Positions 15,001 to 32,991 of a stretch of 64,000 nt of DNA are shown here, one piece after another (the stretch's first letter is position 1; each line of letters opens with the position of its first letter). The DNA lies in the NCBI GenBank assembly GCA_964016885.1, contig OZ024745.1, forward strand, positions 8,990,001-9,054,000, read 5' to 3'. The DNA comes from Eledone cirrhosa. Lineage: Eukaryota. Below the pieces are notes generated by a model, which saw nothing but the letters and a program-made list of their open reading frames with translations, did not search any database and had not been told where the DNA came from. A program made the translations under genes and the position numbers.

Positions 15001-18000
15001 TCATATGTAATATAGTGTCAAGTCAGTGTCACTATATGTAATATAGTGTCAGGTTAGTGTCATCATATGTAATATAGGGTCAAGTTAGTGTCATCATATG
15101 TAATATAGTCTCAAGTTAGTGTCATCATATGTAATATAGTTAGTGTTAAGTTAGTGTCATCATATGTAATATAGTGTCAAGATAGTGTCATCATATGTAA
15201 TATAGGGTCATGTTAGTGTCATCATATGTAATATAGTGTCAGGTTAGTGTCAATATATGTAATATAGTGTCAGGTTAGTGTCATCATATGTAATATAGGG
15301 TCAAGTTAGTGTCATCATATGTAATATAGGGTCAAGTTAGTGTCATCATGTGTAATATAGTGTCAAGTTAGTGTCATCATATGTAATATAGTATCAAGTT
15401 AGTGTCATCATATGTAATATAGTGTCAAGTTAGTGTCACTATATGTAATATAGTGTCAAGTTAGTGTCACCATATGTAATAAAGTGTCAAGTTAGTGTCA
15501 TCATATGTAATATAGTGTCAAGTTAGTGTCATCATATCTAATATAGTTAGTGTCATCATATGTAATATAGTTAGTGTCATCATATATAATATAGTTAGTG
15601 TCAATTTAGTGTCATCATATGTAATAGAGTATCAAGTTAGTGTCATCATATGTAATATAGGGTTAAGTTAGTGTCATCATATGTAATATAGTGTCAAGTT
15701 AGTGTCATCATATGTAATATAGTGTCAAGTTAGTGTCACCATATGTAATATAGTTAGTGTCATAATATGTAATATAGTTAGTGTCAAGTTAGTGTCATCA
15801 TATGTAATATAGGGTCAAGTTAGTGTCATCATATGTAATATAGTGTCAAGTTAGTGTCATCATATGTAATTTAGTGTCAAGTTAGTGTCACCATATGTAA
15901 TATAGTGTCAAGTTATTGTCATCATATGTAATTTAGTGTCAAGTTAGTGTCACCATATGTAATATAGTTAGTGTCAGGTTAGTGTCATCATATGTAATAT
16001 AGTTACTGTCAAGTTAGTGTCATCATATGTAATATAGTTATTTTGAAGTTAGTGTCACCATATGTAATATAGTATCAAGTTAGTGTCATCATATGTAATA
16101 TAGTTAGTGTCAAGTTAATGTCATCATATGTAATATAGTTAGTGCCAAGTTAATGTCACCATATGTAATATAGTTAGTGTCAAGTTAGTTTCAGCATATG
16201 TAATATAGTGTCAGGTTAGTCTCATCATATGTAATATAGTGTCAAGTTAGTGTCATCATATGTAATATAGTCTCAAGTTAGTGTCATCATATGTAATATA
16301 GTGTCAAGTTAGTGTCATCATATGTAATATAGTTAGTGTCAAGTTAGTGTCATCATATGTAATATAGTGTCAAGTTAGTGTCATCATATGTAATATAATG
16401 TCAAGTTAGTGTCATCATATGTAATATAGTGTCAAGTTAGTGTCACTATATGTAATATAGGGTCAAGTTTGTGTCACCATATGTAATATAGTGTCAAGTT
16501 AGTGTCATCATATGTAATATAGTGTCATGTTAGTGTCACTATATGTAATATCGTGTCAAGTTAGTGTCATCATATGTAATATAGTGTCAAGTTAGTGTCA
16601 TCATATGTAATATAGTTAGTGTCATCATATGTAATATAGTGTCATGTTAGTGTCACCATATGTAATATAATTAGTGTCAGGTTAGTGTCATAATATGTAA
16701 TATAGTTAGTGTCAAGTTAGTGTCATCATATGTAATATAGGGTCAAGTTAGTGTCATCATATGTAATATAGTGTCAAGTTAGTGTCATCATATGTAATAT
16801 AGGGTCAAGTTAGTGTCATCATATGTAATATAGTGTCAAGTTAGTGTCACTATATGTAATATAGTGTCAAGTTAGTGTCACCATATGTAATATAGTGTAA
16901 AGTTAGTGTCATCATATGTAATATAGTGTCAAGTTAGTGTCATCATATGTAATATAGGGTCAAGTTAGTGTCATCATGTGTAATATAGTGTCAGGTTAGT
17001 GTCATCATATGTAATATTGGGTCAAGTTAGTGTCATCATATGTAATATAGTGTCAAGTTAGTGTCACTATATGTAATATAGTGTCCAGTTAGTGTCACCA
17101 TATGTAATATAGTGTCAAGTTAGTGTCATCATATGTAATATGGTGTCAAGTTAGAGTCATCATATGTAATATAGTGTCAAGTTAGTGTCATCATATGTAA
17201 TATAGTTAGTGTCAAGTTAGTGTCATCATATGTAATATAGTGTCAAGTTAGTGTAATCATATGTAATATAGTTAGTGTCATCATATGTAATATAGTTAGT
17301 GTCATCATATGTAATATAGTTAGTGTCATCATATGTAATATAGTTAGTGTCATCATATGTAATATAGTGAGTGTCAAGTTAGTATCATCATATGTAATAG
17401 AGTATCAAGTTAGTGTCATCATATGTAATATAGTGTTAAGTTAGTGTCATCATATGTAATATAGTGTCAAGTTAGTGTCATCATATGTAATATAGTTAGT
17501 GTCATCATATGTAATATAGTGTAAAGTTAGTGTCACCATATGTAATATAGTTAGTGTCAGGTTAGTGTCATCATATGTAATATAGTGTCAGGTTAGTGTC
17601 ATCATATGTAATATAGTGTCAAGTTAGTGTCATCATATGTAATATAGTGTCAAGTTAGTGTCATCATATGTAATATAGGGTCAAGTTAGTGTCATCATAT
17701 GTAATATATTGTCAAGTTAGTGTCATCATATTTAATATAGGGTCAAGTTAGTGTCCTCATGTGTAATATAGTGTCAAGTTATTGTCATTATATGTAATAT
17801 AGGGTCAAGTTAGTGTCATCATATGTAATATAGTGTCAAGTTAGTATCACTATATGTAATATAGTGACAAGTTAGTGTCACCATATGTAATATAGGATCA
17901 AGTTAGTGTCATCATATGTAATATAGTTAGTGTCAAGTTAGTGCCATCATATGTAATATAGTTAGTGACAAGTTAGTGTCACCATATGTAATATAGTGTC

Positions 18001-19197
18001 AAGTTAGTGTCATCATATGTAATATAGTGTCAAGTTAGTGTCATCATATGTTATATAGGGTCAAGATAGTGTCACCATATGTAATATAGTGTCAAGTTAG
18101 TGTCATCATATGTAATATAGTGTCAGGTTAGTGTCACTATATGTAATATAGTGTCAAGTTAGTGTCACCATATGTAATATCGTGTCAAGTTAGTGTCATC
18201 ATATGTAATATAGTGTCAAGTTAGTGTCATCATATGTAATATAGTGTCAAGTTAGTGTGATCATATGTAATATATTTAGTGTCAATTTAGTGCCATCATA
18301 TGTAATATAGTGTCAAGTTAGTGTCATCATATGTAATATAGTGTCAGGTTAGTGTCATCATATGTAATATAGTTAGTTTGAAGTTAGTGTCACCATATGT
18401 AATATAGTTAGTGTCATCATATGTAATATAGTATCAAGTTAGTGTCATCATATGTAATATAGTTAGTGTCAAGTTAATGTCATCATATGTAATATAGTTA
18501 ATGCCAAGTTAATGTCACCATATGTAATATAGTTAGTGTCAAATTAGTGTCACCATATGTAATATAGTGTCAGGTTAGTGTCATCTTATGTAATATAGTG
18601 TCAAGTTAGTGTCATCATATGTAATATAGTGTCAAGCTAGTGTCATCATATGTAATATAGGGTTAAGTTAGTCTCATCATATGTAATATAGTGTCAAGTT
18701 ATTGTCATCACATGTAATATAGTTAGTATCAAGTTAGTGTCATCATATGTAATATAGTGACAAGTTAGTGTCATCATATGTAATATAGTTAGTGTCATCA
18801 TATGTAATATAGTGTCAAGTTAATGTCATCATATGTAATATAGTGTCAAGTTAGTGTCATCATATGTAATATAGTGTCAAGTTAGTGTCATCATATGTAA
18901 TATAGTGTCAAGTTAGTGTGATCATATGTAATATAGTTAGTGTCAAGTTAGTGTCATCATATGTAATATAGTTAGTGTCAAGTTAGTGGCATCATATGTA
19001 ATCTAGTGTCAAGTTAGTGTCAAAATATTTAATATAGTTTGTGTCAAGTTAGTGTCATCATATGTAATATAGTGACAAGTTAATGTCATCATATGTAATA
19101 TAGTGTCAAGTTAGTGTCTTCATATGTAATATAGTGTCAGGTTAGTGTCATCATATGTAATATAGCTTCAAGTTAGTGTCATCATATGTAATATAGT
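1..19197 (+). repeat. Domain 1: cassette-free satellite rich in AGGGTCAAG, GTCACTAT and GTCACCAT variant monomers
   Basis: No non-satellite sequence. The AGGGTCAAG variant is frequent here and essentially absent from 19.7-52 kb. Confidence 0.9.
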
Positions 19198-19740
<543 letters not shown>

Positions 19741-21814
19741 ATAGTTAGTGTCAAGTTAGTGTCATCATATGTAATATAGTAATTGTCATCATATAATATA
19801 GGTAGTGTCAAGTTAGTGTCATCATATGTAATAGAGTATCAAGATAGTGTCATCATATGTAATATAGTGTCAAGTTAGTGTCATCCTATGTAATATAGTT
19901 AGTGTCATCATATGTAATATAGTATCAAGTTAGTGTCATCATATGTAATATAGTGTCAAGTTAGTGTCAGAATATGTAATATAGTTAGTGTCAAGTTAGT
20001 GCCATCATATGTAATATAGTGTCAAGTTAGTGTCATCATATGTAATATAGTGTTAAGTTAGTGTCATCATATGTAATATAGTGTCAAGTTAGTGTCATCA
20101 TATGTAATATAGTTAGTGTCAAGTTAGTGTCACCATATGTAATATAGTGTCAAGTTAGTGTCATCATATGTAATATAGTTAGTGTCAAGTTAGTGCCATC
20201 ATATGTAATATAGTGTTAAGTTAGTGTCATCATATGTACTATAGTGTCAAGTTAGTGTCATCATATGTAATATAGTTAGTTTCAAGTTAGTGTCATCATA
20301 TGTAATGTAGTGTCAAGTTAGTGTCATCATATGTAATATAGTGTCAAGTTAGTGTCATCATATGTAATATAGTTAGTGTCAAGTTAGTGTCATCATATGT
20401 AATATAGTTAGTGTCAAGTTAGTGTCATCATATGTAATATAGTTAGTGTCAAGTTAGTGTCACCATCTGTAATATAGTGTCAAGTTAGTGTCATCATATG
20501 TAATATAGAGTCAAGTTAGTGTCATCATATGTAATATAGTGTCAAGTTAGTGTCATCATATGTAATATAGTGTCAAGTTAGTGTCATCATATGTAATATA
20601 GTTAGTGTCAAGTTAGTGTCATCATATGTAATATAGTGTCAAGTTAGTGTCATCATATGTAATATAGTGTCAAGTTAGTGTCATTATATGTAATATAGTT
20701 AGTGTCAGGTTAGTGAAAACATATGTAATATAGTGTCAAGTTAGTGTCATCATATGTAATACAGTGTCAAGTTAGTGTCACCATATGTAATATAGTGTCA
20801 AGTTAGTGTCATCATATGTAATATAGTTAGTGTCGGGTTAGTGTCATCATATGTAATATAGTAATTGTCAAGTTAGTGTCATCATATTTAATATAGTTAT
20901 TGTCAACTTAGTGTCATCATATGTAATATAGTGTCAAGTTAGTGTCATCATATGTAATATAGTTAGTGTCAAGTTAGTGTCATCATATGTAATATAGTGA
21001 CAAGTTAGTGTCATCATATGTAATATAGTTAGTGTCATCATATGTAATATAGTGTCAAGTTAATGTCATCATATGTAATATAGTGTCAAGTTAGTGTCAT
21101 CATATGTAATATATTGTCAAGTTAGTGTCATCATATGTAATATAGTGTCAAGTTAGTGTCATCATATGTAATATAGTTAGTGTCAAGTTAGTGTCATCAT
21201 ATGTAATATAGTTAATGTCAAGTTAGTGCCATCATATGTAATATAGTGTCAAGTTAGTGTCATCATATGTAATATATTGTCAAATTAGTGTCATCATATG
21301 TAATATAGTGTCAAGTTAGTGTCATCATATGTAATATAGTTAGTGTCAAGTTAGTGTCATCATATGTAATATAGTTAGTGTCAAGTTAGTGCCATCATAT
21401 GTAATATAGTGTCAAGTTAGTGTCATCATATGTAATATAGTTAGTGTCAAGTTAGTGTCATCATATGTAATATTGTGACAAGTTAGTGTCATCATATGTA
21501 ATATAGTTAGTGTCATCATATGTAATATAGTGTCAAGTTAATGTCATCATATGTAATATAGTGTCAAGTTAGTGTCATCATATGTAATATAGTGTCAAGT
21601 AGGTGTCATCATATGTAATATAATGTCAGGTTAGTGTCATCATATTTAATATAGTTAGTGTCAAGTTAGTTTCATCATATGTAATATAGTGACAAGTTAA
21701 TGTCATCATATGTAATATAGTGTCAAGATAGTGTCATCATATGTAATATAGTGTCAAGTTAGTGTCATCATATGTAATATAGTTTCAAGTTAGTGTCATC
21801 ATATGTAATATAGT

Positions 21815-22362
<548 letters not shown>

Positions 22363-23856
22363 TATAGTTAGTGTCAAATTAGTGTCATCATATGTAATAT
22401 AGTCTCAAGTTAGTGTCATCATATGTAATATAGTGTCAAGTTAGTGTCATCATATTTAATATAGTATCAAGTTAGTGTCATCATATGTAATATAGTGTCA
22501 AGTTAGTGTCATCATATGTAATATAGTGTCAAGTTAGTGTCATCATATGTAATATAGTGTCAAGTTAGTGTCATCATATGTAATATAGTTAGTGTAGAGT
22601 TAGTGTCATCATATGTAATATAGTGACAAGTTAGTGTCATCATATGTAATATAGTTAGTGTCATCAGATGTAATATAGTGTCAAGTTAGTGTCATCATAT
22701 GTAATATAGTGTCAAGTTAGTGTCATTATATGTAATATAGTTAGTGTCAGGTTAGTGAAAACATATGTAATATAGTGTCAAGTTAGTGTCATCATATGTA
22801 ATACAGTGTCAAGTTAGTGTCACCATATGTAATATAGTGTCAAGTTAGTGTCATCATATGTAATATAGTTAGTGTCGGGTTAGTGTCATCATATGTAATA
22901 TAGTAATTGTCAAGTTAGTGTCATCATATTTAATATAGTTATTGTCAACTTAGTGTCATCATATGTAATATAGTGTCAAGTTAGTGTCATCATATGTAAT
23001 ATAGTTAGTGTCAAGTTAGTGTCATCATATGTAATATAGTGACAAGTTAGTGTCATCATATGTAATATAGTTAGTGTCATCATATGTAATATAGTGTCAA
23101 GTTAATGTCATCATATGTAATATAGTGTCAAGTTAGTGTCATCATATGTAATATATTGTCAAGTTAGTGTCATCATATGTAATATAGTGTCAAGTTAGTG
23201 TCATCATATGTAATATAGTTAGTGTCAAGTTAGTGTCATCATATGTAATATAGTTAATGTCAAGTTAGTGCCATCATATATAATATAGTGTCAAGTTAGT
23301 GTCATCATATGTAATATATTGTCAAATTAGTGTCATCATATGTAATATAGTGTCAAGTTAGTGTCATCATATGTAATATAGTTAGTGTCAAGTTAGTGTC
23401 ATCATATGTAATATAGTTAGTGTCAAGTTAGTGCCATCATATGTAATATAGTGTCAAGTTAGTGTCATCATATGTAATATAGTTAGTGTCAAGTTAGTGT
23501 CATCATATGTAATATTGTGACAAGTTAGTGTCATCATATGTAATATAGTTAGTGTCATCATATGTAATATAGTGTCAAGTTAATGTCATCATATGTAATA
23601 TAGTGTCAAGTTAGTGTCATCATATGTAATATAGTGTCAAGTAGGTGTCATCATATGTAATATAGTGTCAGGTTAGTGTCATCATATTTAATATAGTTAG
23701 TGTCAAGTTAGTTTCATCATATGTAATATAGTGACAAGTTAATGTCATCATATGTAATATAGTGTCAAGATAGTGTCATCATATGTAATATAGTGTCAAG
23801 TTAGTGTCATCATATGTAATATAGTTTCAAGTTAGTGTCATCATATGTAATATAGT

Positions 23857-24359
<503 letters not shown>

Positions 24360-25361
24360 ATAGTTAGTGTCAAATTAGTGTCATCATATGTAATATAGTC
24401 TCAAGTTAGTGTCATCATATGTAATATAGTGTCAAGTTAGTGTCATCATATTTAATATAGTATCAAGTTAGTGTCATCATATGTAATATAGTGTCAAGTT
24501 AGTGTCATCATATGTAATATAGTGTCAAGTTAGTGTCATCATATGTAATATAGTGTCAAGTTAGTGTCATCATATGTAATATAGTTAGTGTAGAGTTAGT
24601 GTCATCATATGTAATATAGTGACAAGTTAGTGTCATCATATGTAATATAGTTAGTGTCATCAGATGTAATATAGTGTCAAGTTAGTGTCATCATATGTAA
24701 TATAGTGTCAAGTTAGTGTAATCTTATGTAATATAGTTTCAAGTTAGTGTCATCATATGTAATATAGTATCAAGTTAGTGTCATCTTATGTAATATAGTG
24801 TCAAGTTAGTGTCTTCATATGTAATAGAGTGTCAAGTTAGTGTCATCATATGTAATATAGTGTCAAGTTAGTGTCACCATATGTAACATAGTGTCAAGTT
24901 AGTGTCACTATATGTAATATAGTGTCAAGTTAGTGTCACCATATGTAATATAGTGTCAAGTTAGTGTCATCATATGTAATATAGGGTTAAGTTAGTGTCA
25001 CTATATGTGATATAGTGTCAAGTTAGTGTCACCATATGTAATATAGTGTCAAGTTAGTGTCACTATATGTAATATAGTGTCAGTTTAGTGTCACCATATG
25101 TAATATAGTGTCACGTTACTGTCATCATATGTAATATAGTGTCAGGTTAGTGTCATCATATGTAATATGAGTAGTGTCAAGTTAGTGTTATCATATGTAA
25201 TATAGTGTCAAGTTAGGGTCATCATATGTAATATAGTGACAAGTTAATGTCATCATATGCAATATAGTGTCAAGTTAGTGTCATCATATGTAATATAGTG
25301 TCAAGTTAGTGTCATCATATGTAATATAGTTTCAAGTTAGTGTCATCATATGTAATATGGT

Positions 25362-25834
<473 letters not shown>

Positions 25835-27751
25835 ATAGTTAGTGTCAAGTTAGTGTCATCATATGTAATATAGTTAGTGTCAAGTTACTGTCATCATATG
25901 TAATATAGTGTCAAGTTAGTGTCATCATATGTAATATAGTTAGTGTCAAGTTAGTGTCATCATATGTAATATAGTTAGTGTCAGGTTAGTGTCATCATAT
26001 TTAATATAGTTAGTGTCAAGTTAGTGTCATCATATGTAATATAGTTAGTGTCAAGTTAGTGTCATCTTTTGTAATATAGTGTCAAGTTAGTGTCATCATA
26101 TGTAATACAGTGTCAAGTTAGTGTCATCATATGTAATATAGTGTCAAGTTAGTGTCATCATATTTAATATAGTATCAAGTTAGTGTCATCATATGTAATA
26201 TAGTGTCAAGTTAGTGTCATCATATGTAATATAGTGTCAAGTTAGTGTCATCATATGTAATATAGTGTCAAGTTAGTGTCATCATATGTAATATAGTTAG
26301 TGTAGAGTTCGTGTCATCATATGTAATATAGTGACAAGTTAGTGTCATCATATGTAATATAGTTAGTGTCATCAGATGTAATATAGTGTCAAGTTAGTGT
26401 CATCATATGTAATATAGTGTCAAGTTAGTGTAATCTTATGTAATATAGTTTCAAGTTAGTGTCATCATATGTAATATAGTATCAAGTTAGTGTCATCATA
26501 TGTAACATAGTGTCAAGTTAGTGTCATCATATGTAATATAGTGTCAAGTTAGTGTCATCATATGTAATATAGTGACAAGTTAGTGTCATCATATTTAATA
26601 TAGTTAGTGTCATCATATGTAATATAGTGTCAAGTTAGTGTCATCATATCTAATATAGTGTCAAGTTAGTGTCATCATATGTAATATAGTGTCAAGTTAG
26701 TGTCATCATATGTAATATAGTTAGTCTCATCATATGTAATATAGTGTCAAGTTAGTGTCATCATATGTAATAGAGTGTCAAGTTAGTGTCATCATATGTA
26801 ACATAGTGTCAAGTTAGTGTCATCATATGTAATATAGTGTCAAGTTAGTGTCATCATATGTAATATAGTGACAAGTTAGTGTCATCATATTTAATATAGT
26901 TAGTGTCATCATATGTAATATAGTGTCAAGTTAGTGTCATCATATCTAATATAGTGTCAAGTTAGTGTCATCATATGTAATATAGTGTCAAGTTAGTGTC
27001 ATCATATGTAATATAGTTAATCTCATCATATGTAATATAGTGTCAAGTTAGTGTCATCATATGTAATATAGTGTCAAGTTAGTGTCATCATTTGTAATAT
27101 AGTGTCAAGTTAGTGTCACCATATGTAATATAGTGTCAAGTTAGTGTCACCATATGTAATATTGTGTCAAGTTAGTGTCACCATATGTAACATAGTGTCA
27201 AGTTAGTGTCACTATATGTAATATAGTGTCAAGTTAGTGTCACCATATGTAATATAGTGTCAAGTTAGTGTCATCATATGTAATATAGGGTTACGTTAGT
27301 GTCACTATATGTGATATAGTGTCATGTTAGTGTCACCATATGTAATATAGTGTCAAGTTAGTGTCACTATATGTAATATAGTGTCAGGTTAGTGTCACCA
27401 TATGTAATATAGTGTCAAGTTAGTGTCATCATATGTAATATGGTGTCACGTTACTGTCATCATATGTAATATAGTGTCAGGTTAGTGTCATCATATGTAA
27501 TATGAGTAGTGTCAATTTAGTGTTATCATATGTAATATAGTGTCAAGTTAGGGTCATCATATGTAATATAGTGACAAGTTAATGTCATCATATGCAATAT
27601 AGTGTCAAGTTAGTGTCATCATATGTAATATAGTGTCAAGTTAGTGTCATCATATGTAATATAGTTTCAAGTTAGTGTCATCATATGTAATATAGTTAGT
27701 GTCATCATATGTAATATAGTTTCAAGTTAGTGTCATCATATGTAATATAGT

Positions 27752-27883
27752 GGGCAAATAAATCTAATTAGATAGTAATGCGCTGAGGAGAAGATATCAG
27801 TAACTCTACAACTAATTAAGATTTATTAATAAAAAAACAGAATTATGTTATAATTTAAAAGTATGACTAACAGAAATCAATGC

Positions 27884-27980
<97 letters not shown>

Positions 27981-28087
27981 TGTATATATATACTTATATT
28001 TGCTCTACGGTTCTTATATATTTGATATATATTTATCCTTATCGAGCCCTCTTTGGATTTTAGTCTTCAAATTTATTATTATTACTA

Positions 28088-28134
<47 letters not shown>

Positions 28135-28208
28135 GTATGTATATGTGTATATATATATATATGTGTGTTTGTGTGTGTGCGCGCGTGTGTGTGTGTGTAT
28201 GTGTGTAT
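27752..28208 (+). repeat. Cassette copy 5 (type D)
   Basis: Markers ATCAGTAACTCTAC, GAAAG within (AG)n, GTGTATGTGTG in the tail. Confidence 0.95.
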
Positions 28209-30073
28209 ATAGTTAGTGTCAAGTTAGTGTCATCATATGTAATATAGTTAGTGTCATCACATGTAATATAGTATGAAGTTAGTGTCATCATATGTAATAT
28301 AGTGTCAAGTTAGTGTCATCATATGTAATATAGTTAGTGTCAAGTTAGTGTCATCATATGTAATATAGTGTCAAGTTAGTGTCATCATATGTAATATAGT
28401 TAGTGTCAAGTTAGTGTCATCATATGTAATATAGTTAGTGTCAGGTTAGTGTCATCATATTTAATATAGTTAGTGTCAAGTTAGTGTCATCATATGTAAT
28501 ATAGTTAGTGTCAATTTAGTGTCATCTTATGTAATATAGTGTCAAGTTAGTGTCATCATATGTAATATAGTGTCAAGTTAGTGTCATCATATGTAATATA
28601 GTGTCAAGTTAGTGTCATCATATTTAATATAGTATCAAGTTAGTGTCATCATATGTAATATAGTGTCAAGTTAGTGTCATCATATGTAATATAGTGTCAA
28701 GTTAGTGTCATCATATGTAATATAGTGTCAAGTTAGTGTCATCATATTTAATATAGTTAGTGTAGAGTTAGTGTCATCATATGTAATATAGTGACAAGTT
28801 AGTGTCATCATATGTAATATAGTTAATGTCATCAGATGTAATATAGTGTCAAGTTAGTGTCATCATATGTAATATAGTTAGTGTCAAGTTAGTGTCATCA
28901 TATGTAATATAGTTAGTGTCAGGTTAGTGTCATCATATTTAATATAGTTAGTGTCAAGTTAGTGTCATCATATGTAATATAGTTAGTGTCAAGTTAGTGT
29001 CATCTTATGTAATATAGTGTCAAGTTAGTGTCATCATATGTAATATAGTGTCAAGTTAGTGTCATCATATGTAATATAGTGTCAAGTTAATGTCATCATA
29101 TTTAATATAGTATCAAGTTAGTGTCATCATATGTAATATAGTGTCAAGTTAGTGTCATCATATGTAATATAGTGTCAAGTTAGTGTCATCATATGTAATA
29201 TAGTGTCAAGTTAGTGTCATCATATGTAATATAGTTAGTGTAGAGTTAGTGTCATCATATGTAATATAGTGACAAGTTAGTGTCATCATATGTAATATAG
29301 TTAGTGTCATCAGATGTAATATAGTGTCAAGTTAGTGTCATCATATTTAATATAGTGTCAAGTTAGTGTAATCTTATGTAATATAGTTTCAAGTTAGTGT
29401 CATCATATGTAATATAGTATCAAGTTAGTGTCATCTTATGTAATATAGTGTCAAGTTAGTGTCATCATATGTAATAGAGTGTCAAGTTAGTGTCATCATA
29501 TGTAATATAGTGTCAAGTTAGTGTCACCATATGTAACATAGTGTCAAGTTAGTGTCACTATATGTAATATAGTGTCAAGTTAGTGTCACCATATGTAATA
29601 TAGTGTCAAGTTAGTGTCATCATATGTAATATAGGGTTAAGTTAGTGTCACTATATGTGATATAGTGTCAAGTTAGTGTCACCATATGTAATATAGTGTC
29701 AAGTTAGTGTCACTATATGTAATATATTGTCAGGTTAGTGTCACCATATGTAATATAGTGTCAATTTAGTGTCATCATATGTAATATGGTGTCACGTTAC
29801 TGTCATCATATGTAATATAGTGTCAGGTTAGTGTCATCATATGTAATATGAGTAGTGTCAAGTTAGTGTTATCATATGTAATATAGTGTCAAGTTAGGGT
29901 CATCATATGTAATATAGTGACAAGTTAATGTCATCATATGCAATATAGTGTCAAGTTAGTGTCATCATATGTAATATAGTGTCAAGTTAGTGTCATCATA
30001 TGTAATATAGTTTCAAGTTAGTGTCATCATATGTAATATAGTTTCAAGTTAGTGTCATCATATGTAATATAGT

Positions 30074-30549
<476 letters not shown>

Positions 30550-32492
30550 ATAGTTAGTGTCAAGTTAGTGTCATCATATGTAATATAGTTAGTGTCATCA
30601 TATAATATATTTAGTGTCAAGTTAGTGTCATCATATGTAATATAGTTAGTGTCAAGTTAGTGTCATCATATGTAATATAGTGTCAAGTTAGTGTCATCAT
30701 ATGTAATATAGTTAGTGTCAAGTTAGTGTCATCATATGTAATATAGTTAGTGTCAGGTTAGTGTCATCATATTTAATATAGTTAGTGTCAAGTTAGTGTC
30801 ATCATATGTAATATAGTTAGTGTCAAGTTAGTGTCATCTTATGTAATATAGTGTCAAGTTAGTGTCATCATATGTAATATAGTGTCAAGTTAGTGTCATC
30901 ATATGTAATATAGTGTCAAGTTAGTGTCATCATATTTAATATAGTATCAAGTTAGTGTCATCATATGTAATATAGTGTCAAGTTAGTGTCATCATATGTA
31001 ATATAGTGTCAAGTTAGTGTCATCATATGTAATATAGTGTCAAGTTAGTGTCATCATATGTAATATAGTTAGTGTAGAGTTAGTGTCATCATATGTAATA
31101 TAGTGACAAGTTAGTGTCATCATATGTAATATAGTTAGTGTCATCAGATGTAATATAGTGTCAAGTTAGTGTCATCATATGTAATATAGTGTCAAGTTAG
31201 TGTAATCTTATGTAATATAGTTTCAAGTTAGTGTCATCATATGTAATATAGTATCAAGTTAGTGTCATCATATGTAACATAGTGTCAAGTTAGTGTCATC
31301 ATATGTAATATAGTGTCAAGTTAGTGTCATCATATGTAATATAGTGACAAGTTAGTGTCATCATATTTAATATAGTTAGTGTCATCATATGTAATATAGT
31401 GTCAAGTTAGTGTCATCATATCTAATATAGTGTCAAGTTAGTGTCATCATATGTAATATAGTGTCAAGTTAGTGTCATCATATGTAATATAGTTAGTCTC
31501 ATCATATGTAATATAGTGTCAAGTTAGTGTCATCATATGTAATAGAGTGTCAAGTTAGTGTCATCATATGTAACATAGTGTCAAGTTAGTGTCATCATAT
31601 GTAATATAGTGTCAAGTTAGTGTCATCATATGTAATATAGTGACAAGTTAGTGTCATCATATTTAATATAGTTAGTGTCATCATATGTAATATAGTGTCA
31701 AGTTAGTGTCATCATATCTAATATAGTGTCAAGTTAGTGTCATCATATGTAATATAGTGTCAAGTTAGTGTCATCATATGTAATATAGTTAGTCTCATCA
31801 TATGTAATATAGTGTCAAGTTAGTGTCATCATATGTATTATAGTGTCAAGTTAGTGTCATCATTTGTAATATAATGTCAAGTTAGTGTCACCATATGTAA
31901 TATAGTGTCAAGTTAGTGTCACCATATGTAATATAGTGTCAAGTTAGTGTCACCATATGTAACATAGTGTCAAGTTAGTGTCACTATATGTAATATAGTG
32001 TCAAGTTAGTGTCACCATATGTAATATAGTCTCAAGTTAGTGTCATCATATGTAATATAGGGTTAAGTTAGTGTCACTATATGTGATATAGTGTCATGTT
32101 AGTGTCACCATATGTAATATAGTGTCAAGTTAGTGTCACTATATGTAATATAGTGTCAGGTTAGTGTCATCATATGTAATATGGTGTCACGTTACTGTCA
32201 TCATATGTAATATAGTGTCAGGTTAGTGTCATCATATGTAATATGAGTAGTGTCAATTTAGTGTTATCATATGTAATATAGTGTCAAGTTAGGGTCATCA
32301 TATGTAATATAGTGACAAGTTAATGTCATCATATGCAATATAGTGTCAAGTTAGTGTCATCATATGTAATATAGTGTCAAGTTAGTGTCATCATATGTAA
32401 TATAGTTTCAAGTTAGTGTCATCATATGTAATATAGTTAGTGTCATCATATGTAATATAGTTTCAAGTTAGTGTCATCATATGTAATATAGT

Positions 32493-32991
<499 letters not shown>

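Noticed and set aside
17268-17363. Minus-strand NYITYDDT peptide repeat from consecutive 24-mers
   Set aside because: Only four units, closed by stops in neighbouring 31/35-mers; no evidence of coding.
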